Source of the DNA: Octopus bimaculoides
Lineage: Eukaryota
NCBI RefSeq assembly: GCF_001194135.2
Contig: NC_068995.1
Span: 39,691,573 to 39,748,188 of the forward strand
DNA: 56,616 nt
Direction: 5' to 3'
Shown: one piece after another, positions 1-11,401 of the stretch
How positions within the stretch are numbered: position 1 is the stretch's first letter
Layout of the letters: each line of letters opens with the position of its first letter
Translations under genes and position numbers: made by a program
Notes under the pieces: generated by a model
Database searches by the model: none
Seen by the model: only the letters and a program-made list of their open reading frames with translations
What the model was told of the DNA's origin: nothing

Positions 1-481
1 TATATATATATAGTTGTAGAAGTTCTAAGCGAAACAAAGTCCCTCATACTTAATCATACACTGTCATACTCACATAAATACGTAAGCACCGAAAAACAAC
101 GCCGATGATGTTCTACTTTCTATGAATCTATTCGCACAAAAGCTAACTGTGAATCAGACTATCAAAATTGAACATCAAACACAAAGTGCACACAGACATT
201 GAATCTGTGCATAGAAATATTCATGCAAGTATAGATATCGAAAAATGCGCATGTTTAATCTGATATTTATGCAAGAGTAATTGAGGGACCATGTACGAAG
301 TGCTGAAAATAACAGGTAACTATAACTCAAGTCTTGATATACTGTCATGAAAAGAGATTACATTGGATAAGCTTTGTACCATTCGGTTATACAGTGTTTT
401 CCAGTTTTATACCGTCTGAGTTCAAATCCCACCCCTATCATTTTTGTATTTCATTTTCCTGAGGTCAATTACATTGCAAGT

Positions 482-870
482 GGAGGCGCAATGGCCCAGT
501 GGTTAGGGCAGGGGACTCGCGGTCATAGGATCGCAGTTTCGATTCCCAGACCGGGCGTTGTGAGTGTTTATTGAACGAAAACACCTAAAGCCCCACGAGG
601 CTCCGGCAGGGGATGGTGGCGAACCCTGCTGTACTCTTTCACCACAACTTTCTCTCACACTTACTTCCTGTTTCTGTTGTGCCTGTAATTCAAAGGGTCC
701 GCCTTGTCACACTGTGTCACGTTGAATATCCCCGAGAACTACATTAAAGGTGCACGTGTCTGTGGAGTGCTCAGCCACTTGCACGTTAATTTTACGAGCA
801 TAGCATTCTGTTCCGTTGATCGGATCAACTGGAACCCTCGACGTCGTAAGCGACGGAGTGCCAACAACAA
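482..870 (+). mobile_element. tRNA-derived SINE, family A, apparently full length
   Basis: Pol III A-box TGGCCCAGTGG (492-502) and B-box-like GTTTCGATTCC; (CAA)n end. A second copy lies on the minus strand at 14437-14736. Confidence 0.85.
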
Positions 871-1403
871 ATTACCTTGCAGTATTCTTACCGATTTTTT
901 TATGTTCTAAGATATCAGCGATGTCGTAGAAATAAGAACTCGCTTTATTTGCATCTTCTTGTTTTCCATAAATTTACCTTACCCACATCTAGGTTGTAAG
1001 GAGGAAATTTACATATACATCATCAACCACGAGAGAGATCCTAGGTTGATACGCTATATCTAAAAGTAAAAAATATTTGACTGAGTGGCTGGATCATCTT
1101 TGATCATAGACCACCTGGACAAAGTCTGAAATGCGACAAAATGAAACCATTGTGCGTACAACCAGAAACATTTGCTGTCATGACTCTCGTATCTTCTCAA
1201 CGTGTGAACATACAGTCATTCATTCATCTGCGTATTGACATAGAAAGCCTCCAAATACTATAAATCAACAACTCCTTGTGTGTGAGAATATGTATTATTT
1301 AGTCGTATATTCTAATTGCCACAGATATATACCTGCATTAGTGCGAGAACATGCGTTCATTTAATCATCTAATAATTTAAATGGGCAATTTACAAAAACA
1401 CGT

Positions 1404-1680
1404 ACATTCTTAAATATATACAGGCATCCATCCATCCATCCATCCATCCAACCATCCATCAATCCATCCATCCATCCATCGGTCCATACATACAAACTTA
1501 CATACATGCTTGCATACATACATACATACATACATACATACAAACATACATACATAAATACATACAAAAATACCCTGTTGTTGATGTTGAAATTCCAATG
1601 AAGGGGGCTTGGATCTAGGTTAGAAACCGGCTCTTTCTCTATTGGCAAGAAATCTTGAGATAATGCTGAAGAATGACATA
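1404..1680 (+). mobile_element. 5'-truncated 3' UTR of the RLE-type LINE also present at 13105-14127
   Basis: (TCCA)n/(CATA)n followed by AAAAATACCCTGTTGTTGATGTTGAAATTCCAATGAAG...CTATTGGCAAGAAATCTTGA, a near-exact reverse complement of 13124-13250. Confidence 0.75.
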
Positions 1681-1874
1681 GGTATCCAAATCTAATCTAC
1701 AAGTGGCACAGAGAAGATTTGTATGACATTCCGAAAATTCTCAATCTGAGATACTTATGTGAACAGATGCGCACACTTGGATGTATGCATTGACAGTTCG
1801 ACCAATATCCCAACTCAATCACATATTTACAAACACCGGGAACTCTCTTATTTCAAAAAGTCGCATCGCTTTGT

Positions 1875-1875
<1 letters not shown>

Positions 1876-1923
<48 letters not shown>
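1876..1923. repeat. (GATA)n microsatellite; similar arrays at 5036-5098, 10986-11037, 11367-11400, 33310-33385, 56002-56053
   Basis: Directly visible tetranucleotide arrays. Confidence 0.95.
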
Positions 1924-2672
1924 CTAATATAACTCAAAGAAAAATCATGCATACATACATATATTCATACATACGTGCATACATAATGGTATTTTCTTCG
2001 TCACCGAAAAATCAAGATAAAAAGCGGCACGTCATCACGTGGCTATATAAACTTTTCCGTGATGCTATGAGGCTTTTCTTGTTGCCAACGCTTAGTAGTT
2101 TTAAAGTGTGAGTCAGTCTGCACAATCTAATCCCACTCTTTAGACTTGGAGCTCTGAGTATAGTGACTCACCAGTCTATGACGGCTGCGATTAAAGCAAG
2201 TTGTAGGTTTTACATTGGAGTAGCCTTCTAGATGAGTTAGTCATCTGACAGAGCTGGAGAGTTCCATTTGCTCTGAGGTTGCCAGAAGGGTGTCAGAGTA
2301 GGCACCAAACTATCTGGGGTTACTCTACTCCCTGATTCGCCGTCAAAGTTGACTCCCCCAACTTTTTCCTTTCCCAGTGTAACCACAAGGAAGTGAGGAT
2401 TTGTGTTTGAAGTTTCTTCCATTACATGCTGATTAACGCATAGCTGGGACCCGGATAGGAGTAACTATTCCGGATAAGAATAGACCAAGGAAGAATAGTG
2501 TCTAAGAGGTGGTCCATCCCCTTCAAAACTCTGGAGCTTCCGAACTGTTGGCCTATGACTCCAAACTGAATTCAGTCATAGGCCCACAGTAGGTATATAT
2601 ATATCCTCAATCTGAACTCCATTCTGATATCAGCACTGAAAGTATACATCGTATCAACGAGGGAACTGACTT

Positions 2673-2856
2673 GCGGCAAGCTGGACGAAATGTTTAGTAG
2701 TATTTCGCCTGCCGTTCCGTTCTGAGTAAAAATTCTGCAGAGGTCAACTCTGCCTTTCTTCCTTTCAGGGTCAGTAAACTAAGTACCAGCTATGCTCTGG
2801 AGTCGATCATATCGATTAGCCAAATATTTCAGGCCTTGTGCCTAGATTAGAAAGGA
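2673..2856 (+). mobile_element. tRNA-derived SINE, family C, diverged, followed by (TTG)/(TTA)n
   Basis: Shares GTTCTGAGT..AAATTC, GCCTTTC.TCCTTTC, TAAGTACCAG and GGCCTTGTGCCTA blocks with the other family C copies. Confidence 0.75.
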
Positions 2857-2865
2857 TTGTTGTTG

Positions 2866-2904
<39 letters not shown>

Positions 2905-2918
<14 letters not shown>

Positions 2919-3107
2919 TTAGTTTCTTTGTCGTTCTTTCGTCACATATTCTGTGAGCTCCTCAGTGACTGTTCTATCCCAGGTGTCTCACCTAATTCTG
3001 CTTATTTCATGAGAAAGAGGAGACACGTAGGATAGAGCGTCACCGATAAAGAGGTCACAGGATGTGTGACGAAAGAGTTTTGACAAAGCAACTAACATAA
3101 CAATAAT
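2905..3107. repeat. Imperfect foldback with ~90-bp arms; each arm is a decayed hammerhead-like motif (Penelope-like inverted end)
   Basis: The reverse complement of 2919-2995 aligns to 3016-3095 (AGACAC..GGATAGA..GTCAC.GA..TCACAG.AT.TGTGACGAAAGA..GACAAAG.AACT). Confidence 0.75.
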
Positions 3108-3366
3108 GAAGCTGAAGTGATGTCCAATTGGCAAGATATGACCATCCCCAAGTATAACAATATTAAATTTGATTTGTCCATAATATAATTTCTTTTTTTT
3201 TCCAAAATAAAATGTGCATTTAATACATTGGCAATTACAGCATCTGCTGTTGATGCCACAGATCAGTCCTAGTTCTTGGTCAACTGCGTTTCAGTCGTGA
3301 CCTGCTCATCTGCCTTGAAGCAAAAGTGTAATCAGGGCTACAGTATCCAATGTACTTGTAATTTCG

Positions 3367-3579
3367 TTTCAAATGTTTGCACACGGTTAGCAAGTTCGAG
3401 GAAGGGATTAAGTGGATTACATCGACCCCCAGTAATTCATTAGTACTTATTTTATCGACCTTGAAGGGATGAAAGGCAAATTTGAGCGCGGTGGAATTAG
3501 AAATCAGAACGTAAAGACGGACGAAACGCCGCTAAGCATTTTGCCCGGCGCACTAATGACTCTGCCAAATTGCTGCCTT
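3367..3579 (-). mobile_element. SINE family C, near full length
   Basis: Reverse complement reads AAGGCAGCAATTTGGCAGAGTCATTAGTGCGCCGGGCAAAATGCTTAGCGGCG..GTTCTGATTTCTAATTCC..TAAGTACT..GATGTAATCC..TTTGAAA. Confidence 0.85.
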
Positions 3580-3699
3580 CAGCGTATTTGTAATTCGAAA
3601 TTTATTTGATTACTACTTTCCTCACATGCTAAACGACTGAGTAGAAGGTTTCTTATTATCTCGATTGTAGTCTATTTGATGTGCAAGAAATAACAATCA

Positions 3700-3865
3700 A
3701 ATGCCCCTCATATCTTACACCTTAAATATGGAAGGTATATTGCGTAAGGTAGTCGTGAAAATGACATTATATTTTATACAAAACGACAGGATGGTCACAG
3801 CTCGACAGCTTTTGATTATAGCGTTTTGATGATTAATCAGGACAGACCTGGGGTTTAAAAATTAC
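3700..3865 (+). mobile_element. Old unclassified interspersed repeat fragment; related pieces near 960-1130 and 43865-43890
   Basis: CAGGATGGTCACAGCTCGA here vs CAGGATGTTCACGGCTGGA at 43866; TTTGATTATAG here vs TTTGATCATAG at 1098. Confidence 0.35.
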
Positions 3866-4238
3866 AGCCACAAGAGCAGCGGCAGTAGCAGTAGCATGCA
3901 GTAGTAGCACAGCATAAAATAGAATAGCGAAGTGTCACTATGTCAAGGTTACTAATTGTATTTCAAGTCTCTTTTAGAGTCAGGATGGTTGTATTGACAA
4001 CAGAACCACACTGTAAATAATTCATTGATAAATTGGCCGACTGCTCAGCACTTCGACTAAACAAAACATGCAACAGTTTCATGAATTTTTCATCGGCAAC
4101 AGAAGGAAATAAAACACAGCAGCAAAAATCGATTAAATGATATACAACATTTAGTTTTCTTTTCGTTCTGAGCTCGAATCCCACATTCTTCACTTGACCA
4201 AGAAGCAGACATACACTGCATTTTTAATTCAAAATTGC

Positions 4239-4315
4239 ATAGGCGCAGTCGTAGCTTAATTGGTAAGAAATTCGCTTTGCAACTACGTGGTTTTCGACTC
4301 CGTCCTAGTGACACC
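4239..4315 (+). mobile_element. SINE family B, tRNA-like head only
   Basis: ATAGGCGCAG..TGGTAAGAA..CAACTACGTGGTT matches the family B 5' end at 30363. Confidence 0.55.
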
Positions 4316-5040
4316 GTCATTGACCAAAACTCAGTCCGTCGCAGTGTTCCCGATTTATATCTCGCGGTCGTGAGTAGAGTACCCTAACCATAAACCTTCA
4401 CTATATGGATAAATTTGAGTGTGTTTATATATGCATGCATGTATGTATGTATATAGGTAAATCCGTCTATCAGGTCAGATCATTTGTCTATAACCTTGCT
4501 TCCTACACGTGCGTAAGGAGAAATTTTATGAATATGCAAGATGGATTAGATAAGGCAGGCAACTGGTTAAATTAGATGCTTTTTGGAAGATTACTGCCTT
4601 TTCATTATTCTTTGCAAGACTCACTTTATTTAATTTGTGATCCACGTGTGCAGATTTGACTACTGAGCCTGTCTATATTTGGAAGTAACAATATTCATAT
4701 CGGTAGTGTGAGACCAGTTATTTCATAGTACAATTTATTTAGGTATTAAATTGCACTGCAAGCCACTTCTTGGACTCATGGTGTAAGGGTCGGCACTTTT
4801 AATGGTTGACGTGTGTACAATGATATTTTACTTTTGTTTGTCTCTAGAATTACAAGCCGTGACTTCGCATTTTTGTTTCTTATGTCGAAAAGTAAACAGG
4901 CGTTGCTAATGTCAATTTTTAAAAAATCTGGTTGTTACACCGTTATAGTTTTTGTCTACGTATGAGATGAAGTGACAGATAGACAGACATACGCACATAC
5001 ACGCAAACAAGCGCAAACAGATAAATCGACAGCTAGATAA

Positions 5041-5100
<60 letters not shown>

Positions 5101-5266
5101 AGTGAGAGAAGAAGAAAGAAACAATAAATTTGAGTCGTATACGCGTAGGATGAAATGTCTTCAAGTATTCATTTATATAATGTGCGTGTGTATACATATC
5201 TATATACACATATAATATGTACAAGATACACATAGATAATCGCATATAATCATTTTTTATATATAT

Positions 5267-6028
5267 NNNNNNNNNNNNNNNNNNNNNNNNNNNNNNNNNN
5301 NNNNNNNNNNNNNNNNNNNNNNNNNNNNNNNNNNNNNNNNNNNNNNNNNNNNNNNNNNNNNNNNNNNNNNNNNNNNNNNNNNNNNNNNNNNNNNNNNNNN
5401 NNNNNNNNNNNNNNNNNNNNNNNNNNNNNNNNNNNNNNNNNNNNNNNNNNNNNNNNNNNNNNNNNNNNNNNNNNNNNNNNNNNNNNNNNNNNNNNNNNNN
5501 NNNNNNNNNNNNNNNNNNNNNNNNNNNNNNNNNNNNNNNNNNNNNNNNNNNNNNNNNNNNNNNNNNNNNNNNNNNNNNNNNNNNNNNNNNNNNNNNNNNN
5601 NNNNNNNNNNNNNNNNNNNNNNNNNNNNNNNNNNNNNNNNNNNNNNNNNNNNNNNNNNNNNNNNNNNNNNNNNNNNNNNNNNNNNNNNNNNNNNNNNNNN
5701 NNNNNNNNNNNNNNNNNNNNNNNNNNNNNNNNNNNNNNNNNNNNNNNNNNNNNNNNNNNNNNNNNNNNNNNNNNNNNNNNNNNNNNNNNNNNNNNNNNNN
5801 NNNNNNNNNNNNNNNNNNNNNNNNNNNNNNNNNNNNNNNNNNNNNNNNNNNNNNNNNNNNNNNNNNNNNNNNNNNNNNNNNNNNNNNNNNNNNNNNNNNN
5901 NNNNNNNNNNNNNNNNNNNNNNNNNNNNNNNNNNNNNNNNNNNNNNNNNNNNNNNNNNNNNNNNNNNNNNNNNNNNNNNNNNNNNNNNNNNNNNNNNNNN
6001 NNNNNNNNNNNNNNNNNNNNNNNNNNNN
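5267..6028. other. Assembly gap (N); others at 6575-6584, 7147-7980, 11829-12180, 15593-16110, 17143-17455, 19837-19916, 28867-29324, 30418-30673, 31941-32441, 38143-38900, 44417-44652
   Basis: Runs of n, mostly flanked by (TA)n or other simple repeats. Confidence 1.
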
Positions 6029-6262
6029 ATATATATAAAATAAATACATATGCAAATATGTGAGTGTGTGTGTGTGCTCATTTAGATGTGTCTGTATGTA
6101 TGTGCTTTATCATACATGTAAGGAAACTTTTGCAATATTTAAAGGGACAGTCCTATAAAAAGGCCTAATGAAATGGAAGACAGAAACAGAAGGCAGAAAC
6201 GGAAATCAGAAAAGGAAGACTTTCAATAAAATGCAGAAATATCATGAGCAGAGAATAATAAT

Positions 6263-6390
6263 GGTTTAAAATTTCAGCACAAGGCCAGTAAGTTCGGAGG
6301 CGGAGTAAGACGATTACATTGACCTCAGTTCTCAACCAGTACTTATCTTATTAACCCTGAGATGATGAAATGCGAAAGTAACCTGGATTA
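6263..6390 (-). mobile_element. SINE family C, 3' half
   Basis: GGTTTAAAATTTCAGCACAAGGCCAG..CGATTACATTGACC..CAGTACTTAT matches other minus-strand copies. Confidence 0.75.
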
Positions 6391-6529
6391 TTGTCTACTA
6401 TTTAAAATTGAGGAAATGTGATGACCGTGGCGAAATATCAGGCATGCTTCTATTCACACCCAACGCAATGCTCTTTTCATATTTTCATATCCCTGAAAGG
6501 ATTTTTCTTTTATCTTTTTACGTTTCTGT

Positions 6530-6574
<45 letters not shown>

Positions 6575-6588
6575 NNNNNNNNNNTACA

Positions 6589-6620
<32 letters not shown>

Positions 6621-7980
6621 CACATACATGTAGATACATATATATGTATGTATATACTGCACGAATGCATTTATGCATGTATGTGTATACAAAAGACACG
6701 TATCCACACACATACATGGAATGGAAGCAGAAAATTATGAAACCCGAAAATATACAATTATGAATGATTCCTTCAGGTGTGAAAAAAGAAAAATAAATAA
6801 TCGAATTATTGCAGACATTCGAGACATTTAAACATTCAAACTGAATAGTGGAATTAATTTGCTAATTAATTGATATTAAAAGGAAAGGAGAAAATTGGAA
6901 TGCATTTTTTTTTTTTTTGCATTTTTGTTACCTTGCGACGTTTGCAATTCTTTTGGGAAGATTGTATTACTTACCTGTAATAGAAATAAATGAGAATAAT
7001 TAATATCTCAAAATTGCAATAGTACGATCATAAATCTATAAATGCATATACAGAATATATGTATATATACTGAGAGCATATGTTCATATATATATATATG
7101 CATACACACACACACTGACATATATATATATATATATATATATATANNNNNNNNNNNNNNNNNNNNNNNNNNNNNNNNNNNNNNNNNNNNNNNNNNNNNN
7201 NNNNNNNNNNNNNNNNNNNNNNNNNNNNNNNNNNNNNNNNNNNNNNNNNNNNNNNNNNNNNNNNNNNNNNNNNNNNNNNNNNNNNNNNNNNNNNNNNNNN
7301 NNNNNNNNNNNNNNNNNNNNNNNNNNNNNNNNNNNNNNNNNNNNNNNNNNNNNNNNNNNNNNNNNNNNNNNNNNNNNNNNNNNNNNNNNNNNNNNNNNNN
7401 NNNNNNNNNNNNNNNNNNNNNNNNNNNNNNNNNNNNNNNNNNNNNNNNNNNNNNNNNNNNNNNNNNNNNNNNNNNNNNNNNNNNNNNNNNNNNNNNNNNN
7501 NNNNNNNNNNNNNNNNNNNNNNNNNNNNNNNNNNNNNNNNNNNNNNNNNNNNNNNNNNNNNNNNNNNNNNNNNNNNNNNNNNNNNNNNNNNNNNNNNNNN
7601 NNNNNNNNNNNNNNNNNNNNNNNNNNNNNNNNNNNNNNNNNNNNNNNNNNNNNNNNNNNNNNNNNNNNNNNNNNNNNNNNNNNNNNNNNNNNNNNNNNNN
7701 NNNNNNNNNNNNNNNNNNNNNNNNNNNNNNNNNNNNNNNNNNNNNNNNNNNNNNNNNNNNNNNNNNNNNNNNNNNNNNNNNNNNNNNNNNNNNNNNNNNN
7801 NNNNNNNNNNNNNNNNNNNNNNNNNNNNNNNNNNNNNNNNNNNNNNNNNNNNNNNNNNNNNNNNNNNNNNNNNNNNNNNNNNNNNNNNNNNNNNNNNNNN
7901 NNNNNNNNNNNNNNNNNNNNNNNNNNNNNNNNNNNNNNNNNNNNNNNNNNNNNNNNNNNNNNNNNNNNNNNNNNNNNNNN

Positions 7981-8107
7981 ATCGACCCCGAAAAGATGAA
8001 TGGCAAAGTCGACCTCGGCAGAATTTGAACTCAGAACGTAAAGACAGACGAAATACTGATATGCATTTCGCCCGGCGTGCTAACGATTCTGCCAGCTCGC
8101 TGCCTTA
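7981..8107 (-). mobile_element. SINE family C, 5' half (3' end lost in gap)
   Basis: Reverse complement TAAGGCAGCGAGCTGGCAGAATCGTTAGCACGCCGGGCGAAATGC..GTTCTGAGTTCAAATTCTGCC (A and B boxes). Confidence 0.9.
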
Positions 8108-8179
8108 CTGCTGCTATATAAATGAACATTGCAAGCTCATTTGTCTTTAAAGCCAGCACATGCACATTGTGTATGCGTG

Positions 8180-8218
<39 letters not shown>

Positions 8219-8219
8219 C

Positions 8220-8430
8220 ACTGTATCCATCAAACCCCACTGGTTCGATAGACAGCTCAGGATTATCCTTCAATGGAATGCCAGTCCATCACAGAATTGT
8301 CCATTTACAGTTCAGTGGATTGGGCCTATGGGAAATGAAGTGTTTTGCTCTAGATCGCAACTTATTACTAATTTGGGAATCGAAACCACGACCGCAAAAC
8401 CCAAACCGCTTCGTCACACGCCTTCACTGC
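8220..8430 (-). mobile_element. Diverged tRNA-derived SINE, family D; related copies at 14960-15045, 43450-43660, 52400-52678 (all minus)
   Basis: GGGAATCGAAACC (reverse B box) preceded by GAAATGAAGTGTTTTGCTC and CATTTACAG.TCAGTGGA; same blocks recur at 52540-52625. Confidence 0.6.
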
Positions 8431-8487
8431 GCGCGCGCACATACAGACACACACTCACACACGCACACACAAACACACACACGCACA

Positions 8488-8530
<43 letters not shown>

Positions 8531-8532
<2 letters not shown>

Positions 8533-8728
8533 CGCAGAAGCCATGATAGATCGTTGACCAAACACCATTCAATTTTTTTTTCTCCTTGTTTTCTCCGTAT
8601 TCTTTCTGTTGAAGAGCGTAGCTCGAAACGTTAAAGACTTTCTGTATTCCCGAGCGTCAAACTAATACATCCTTTTGTTGTTTACACCACCTGTCCTCGT
8701 CTGTTGTTGTTTTTTTTTCGTACATTCT

Positions 8729-8730
<2 letters not shown>
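8531..8730 (+). mobile_element. Penelope-like terminal repeat fragment between (TA)n arrays, carrying a minimal hammerhead-like motif (8601-8637)
   Basis: TCTTT-CTGTTGAAGA-GCGTAGCTC-GAAACGT-T-AAAGA. The Penelope assignment is inference from the motif and context. Confidence 0.55.
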
Positions 8731-8792
<62 letters not shown>

Positions 8793-9215
8793 AAGCAGTC
8801 AGAATTTTGTATAATTCTTCATTAGTGCTTTCATTCGTTTAACCGAACTCTGCGAGATATTAGTTCAGAATTTGGGAAAGATAAGGTCAAATATTCAAAT
8901 ACATTCAAAATCACCAGTTAAAGGTGAATTAGCTCACATACTCTCAAAGTTCCTATATTCATATAACCTAAAAGATTATAGTTCATAGGAACAACACTAA
9001 AATTGAGATGGAATTCGAATGGAATGCTTTGGTCCTCTGGTAGAACATCTGTAATGTTTACAGGTTATATAGTTTCGTGTGTCATGGGTAGTCTTCCATA
9101 TTTCTTCTATCCAAATTTAATTCAAAATGTATGCGCTATTATTTATAGCTTTTTATACTTTGATTTCTATAATTAAAAGCGAATCTTAATTGTGTTCTAT
9201 TATGTTATGATGAAT

Positions 9216-9414
9216 GGAGTGAGCTGGTAGTATATATAGCGCGCCAGACAAAAAAATTAAGCGGCATTTTTTTTGAGTTTACAATATTGCTGAGGCCGAC
9301 TTTGTCTTTCATCCATTTGGACTCGATAAAATAAGCAGCAATCGAGCAGTAAGATCGTTGTAATCGACTTCCCCTCCCCTCAACACTTTTGCCTATAGAA
9401 AAAAAGAATTATTG
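9216..9414 (+). mobile_element. SINE family C, diverged
   Basis: GAGCTGGTAG..TAAGCGGCATTT..GAGGCCGACTTTGTCTTTCATCC..TCGATAAAATAAG..TGTAATCGACTT. Confidence 0.75.
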
Positions 9415-9771
9415 TTTCATAATAAAACTCTAACATATAACACTATTCGCTTTTACACACGCCTGGACGCACACACACACACACACATACACACACACAC
9501 ACATGTTTGTATATAAATGTGTGTATGTATGTATATATGTGTGTGTGTGTGTGTGTGTATTGACTCTACATTACGTGGGTAAATATATAAAGTATGAATG
9601 CACTGGATACAATATACAATCAATAACACTACTGGTTCTATCCGAAGTGATCTAACAGGTTAGTCACTATTAAGTAGTGGCTAGTATCAATGTCCATATC
9701 AGATGATCAATGTCAAGTTCATAGAGACTCTTCTTAATAACGACAGTAACATCAGTGTATATTAGTATTAC

Positions 9772-9825
<54 letters not shown>

Positions 9826-10721
9826 CGAGCGTGATGTTTGCCTCGCTAGGTATGGATATAAATATATATATATTTACAAGTAAGCTTGTGTGTATTAGAT
9901 TACATAAACTTTTAATATTATATTGCATATATATTGTTATACGGTCAGTCTATATATTCATATATATTCATATATATACACACATATACATGTATATATG
10001 TATGTGTCCATGTATATACACATACATACGAACACACAAAACACACACGCACACACAACACGCACACACAACACGCACACACTACGCACACGCTACGCAC
10101 ACACATATGTGTGTGTATATATATATATTGGTATATATACTTATATCCATCATTTTGTTTTATTCATTCATCTTGTTCTCCGTGTGTGTCTGTTTCTTTG
10201 TGTGTGTGTGTGTGTGTGTTTGTGTATGTATGTGTGTGTTTGTGTGTGTGTGTGCGCGTGTGTGTGTGTGTGCTGGCGTGTGCATGTGTGTGTATGCGTG
10301 TGTGAATATCTGGATGTGTGTATGGATCTGTCTATTTGTGACGAACGAATAGCCATATTGGCTAAAGGCATAGTAATTGGATTTTGTTTGTTTTCCTTAC
10401 GTAACGGCTATGTAGCCATTCTCAAGTATTGATGCGCATAGAATACCCATAGAGGAAACATATGGGCAGACGCATAGAAGGCAAACACACAATATAAATA
10501 TATTACAGATACAACACAGACATTCCAGATTCTGATGGTTCTGAACCTCAAATAATTAACACTAAATTACGGATACCTGTATTACATTTAATTCCTTAAT
10601 CAAATTTAATATTTCTTTAATTTAGACCGTGTCGACCAATCTGAGTTCGATCAATATGAGCACTCCTGATTCAGATCAAACAGCGCTTCGCGAAATCGAT
10701 GTTGAATCTATATATATTATT

Positions 10722-10722
<1 letters not shown>

Positions 10723-10761
<39 letters not shown>

Positions 10762-10915
10762 TAGATAGATAGATAGATAGATAGTCAGACAGACAGACTG
10801 GCATCAGACAGGCAGGTAGATAGATAAATAGATAGAGAGAGAGAGAGAGAGTGAGAGAGAGAGAGGCAGGCAGGCAGGCAGGCAGGCAGACAGACAGGCT
10901 GATAGATAGATAAAT

Positions 10916-10951
<36 letters not shown>

Positions 10952-10985
10952 GCAGGCAGGCAGGCAGGCAGCAGACAGACAGGCT

Positions 10986-11037
<52 letters not shown>
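10723..11037. repeat. Compound GACA/GATA/GA/GGCA microsatellite with an 85-bp higher-order duplication
   Basis: CAGACAGACAGGCT-GATAG junction ends at 10900 and again at 10985, each preceded by (GA)n then (GGCA)n. Confidence 0.85.
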
Positions 11038-11122
11038 CATTTCTTTTATTAGCCACACAGGGCTCAACGAAGATGGGACAAATACAATGTAGAGCTTTTC
11101 TTTTTGGGAGGGGGAAGGAAGG

Positions 11123-11162
<40 letters not shown>

Positions 11163-11366
11163 GTGGTGTCGATCAAAAGGGATCGTAGGAAGGGAAAAAG
11201 GGGCAGTTCGATCAAAAGGGATCGAAAAAAAAAGAAAAGGAAAGGCCGATCAATAGGGATCGTGTATCACACAGTAATGTTCTCGTGTAAAAAGAGGGGA
11301 GGACAGTTTAGGTTTAGCCGTGGAAGGAAAAGCCCACGGAAAAGACCACGGTAACCTTGGTCAATA
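11038..11366 (-). mobile_element. 3' end of an unclassified non-LTR retrotransposon (possibly L1/Tx1-like) inside a (GATA)n array
   Basis: Minus strand ends ..CATTGTATTTGTCCCATCTTCGTTGAGCCCTGTGTGGCTAATAAAAGAAAT followed by (CTAT)n; GATA arrays on both flanks. Confidence 0.5.

Positions 11367-11401
<35 letters not shown>

Noticed and set aside
482-560. tRNA gene (also other A/B-box heads)
   Set aside because: No cloverleaf or acceptor stem; each head continues into a repeated SINE body.
3978-4891. Micro-exon candidates (3978-4012, 4848-4891, plus strand)
   Set aside because: AG/GT-bounded open stretches this short are expected by chance; no recognisable peptide.
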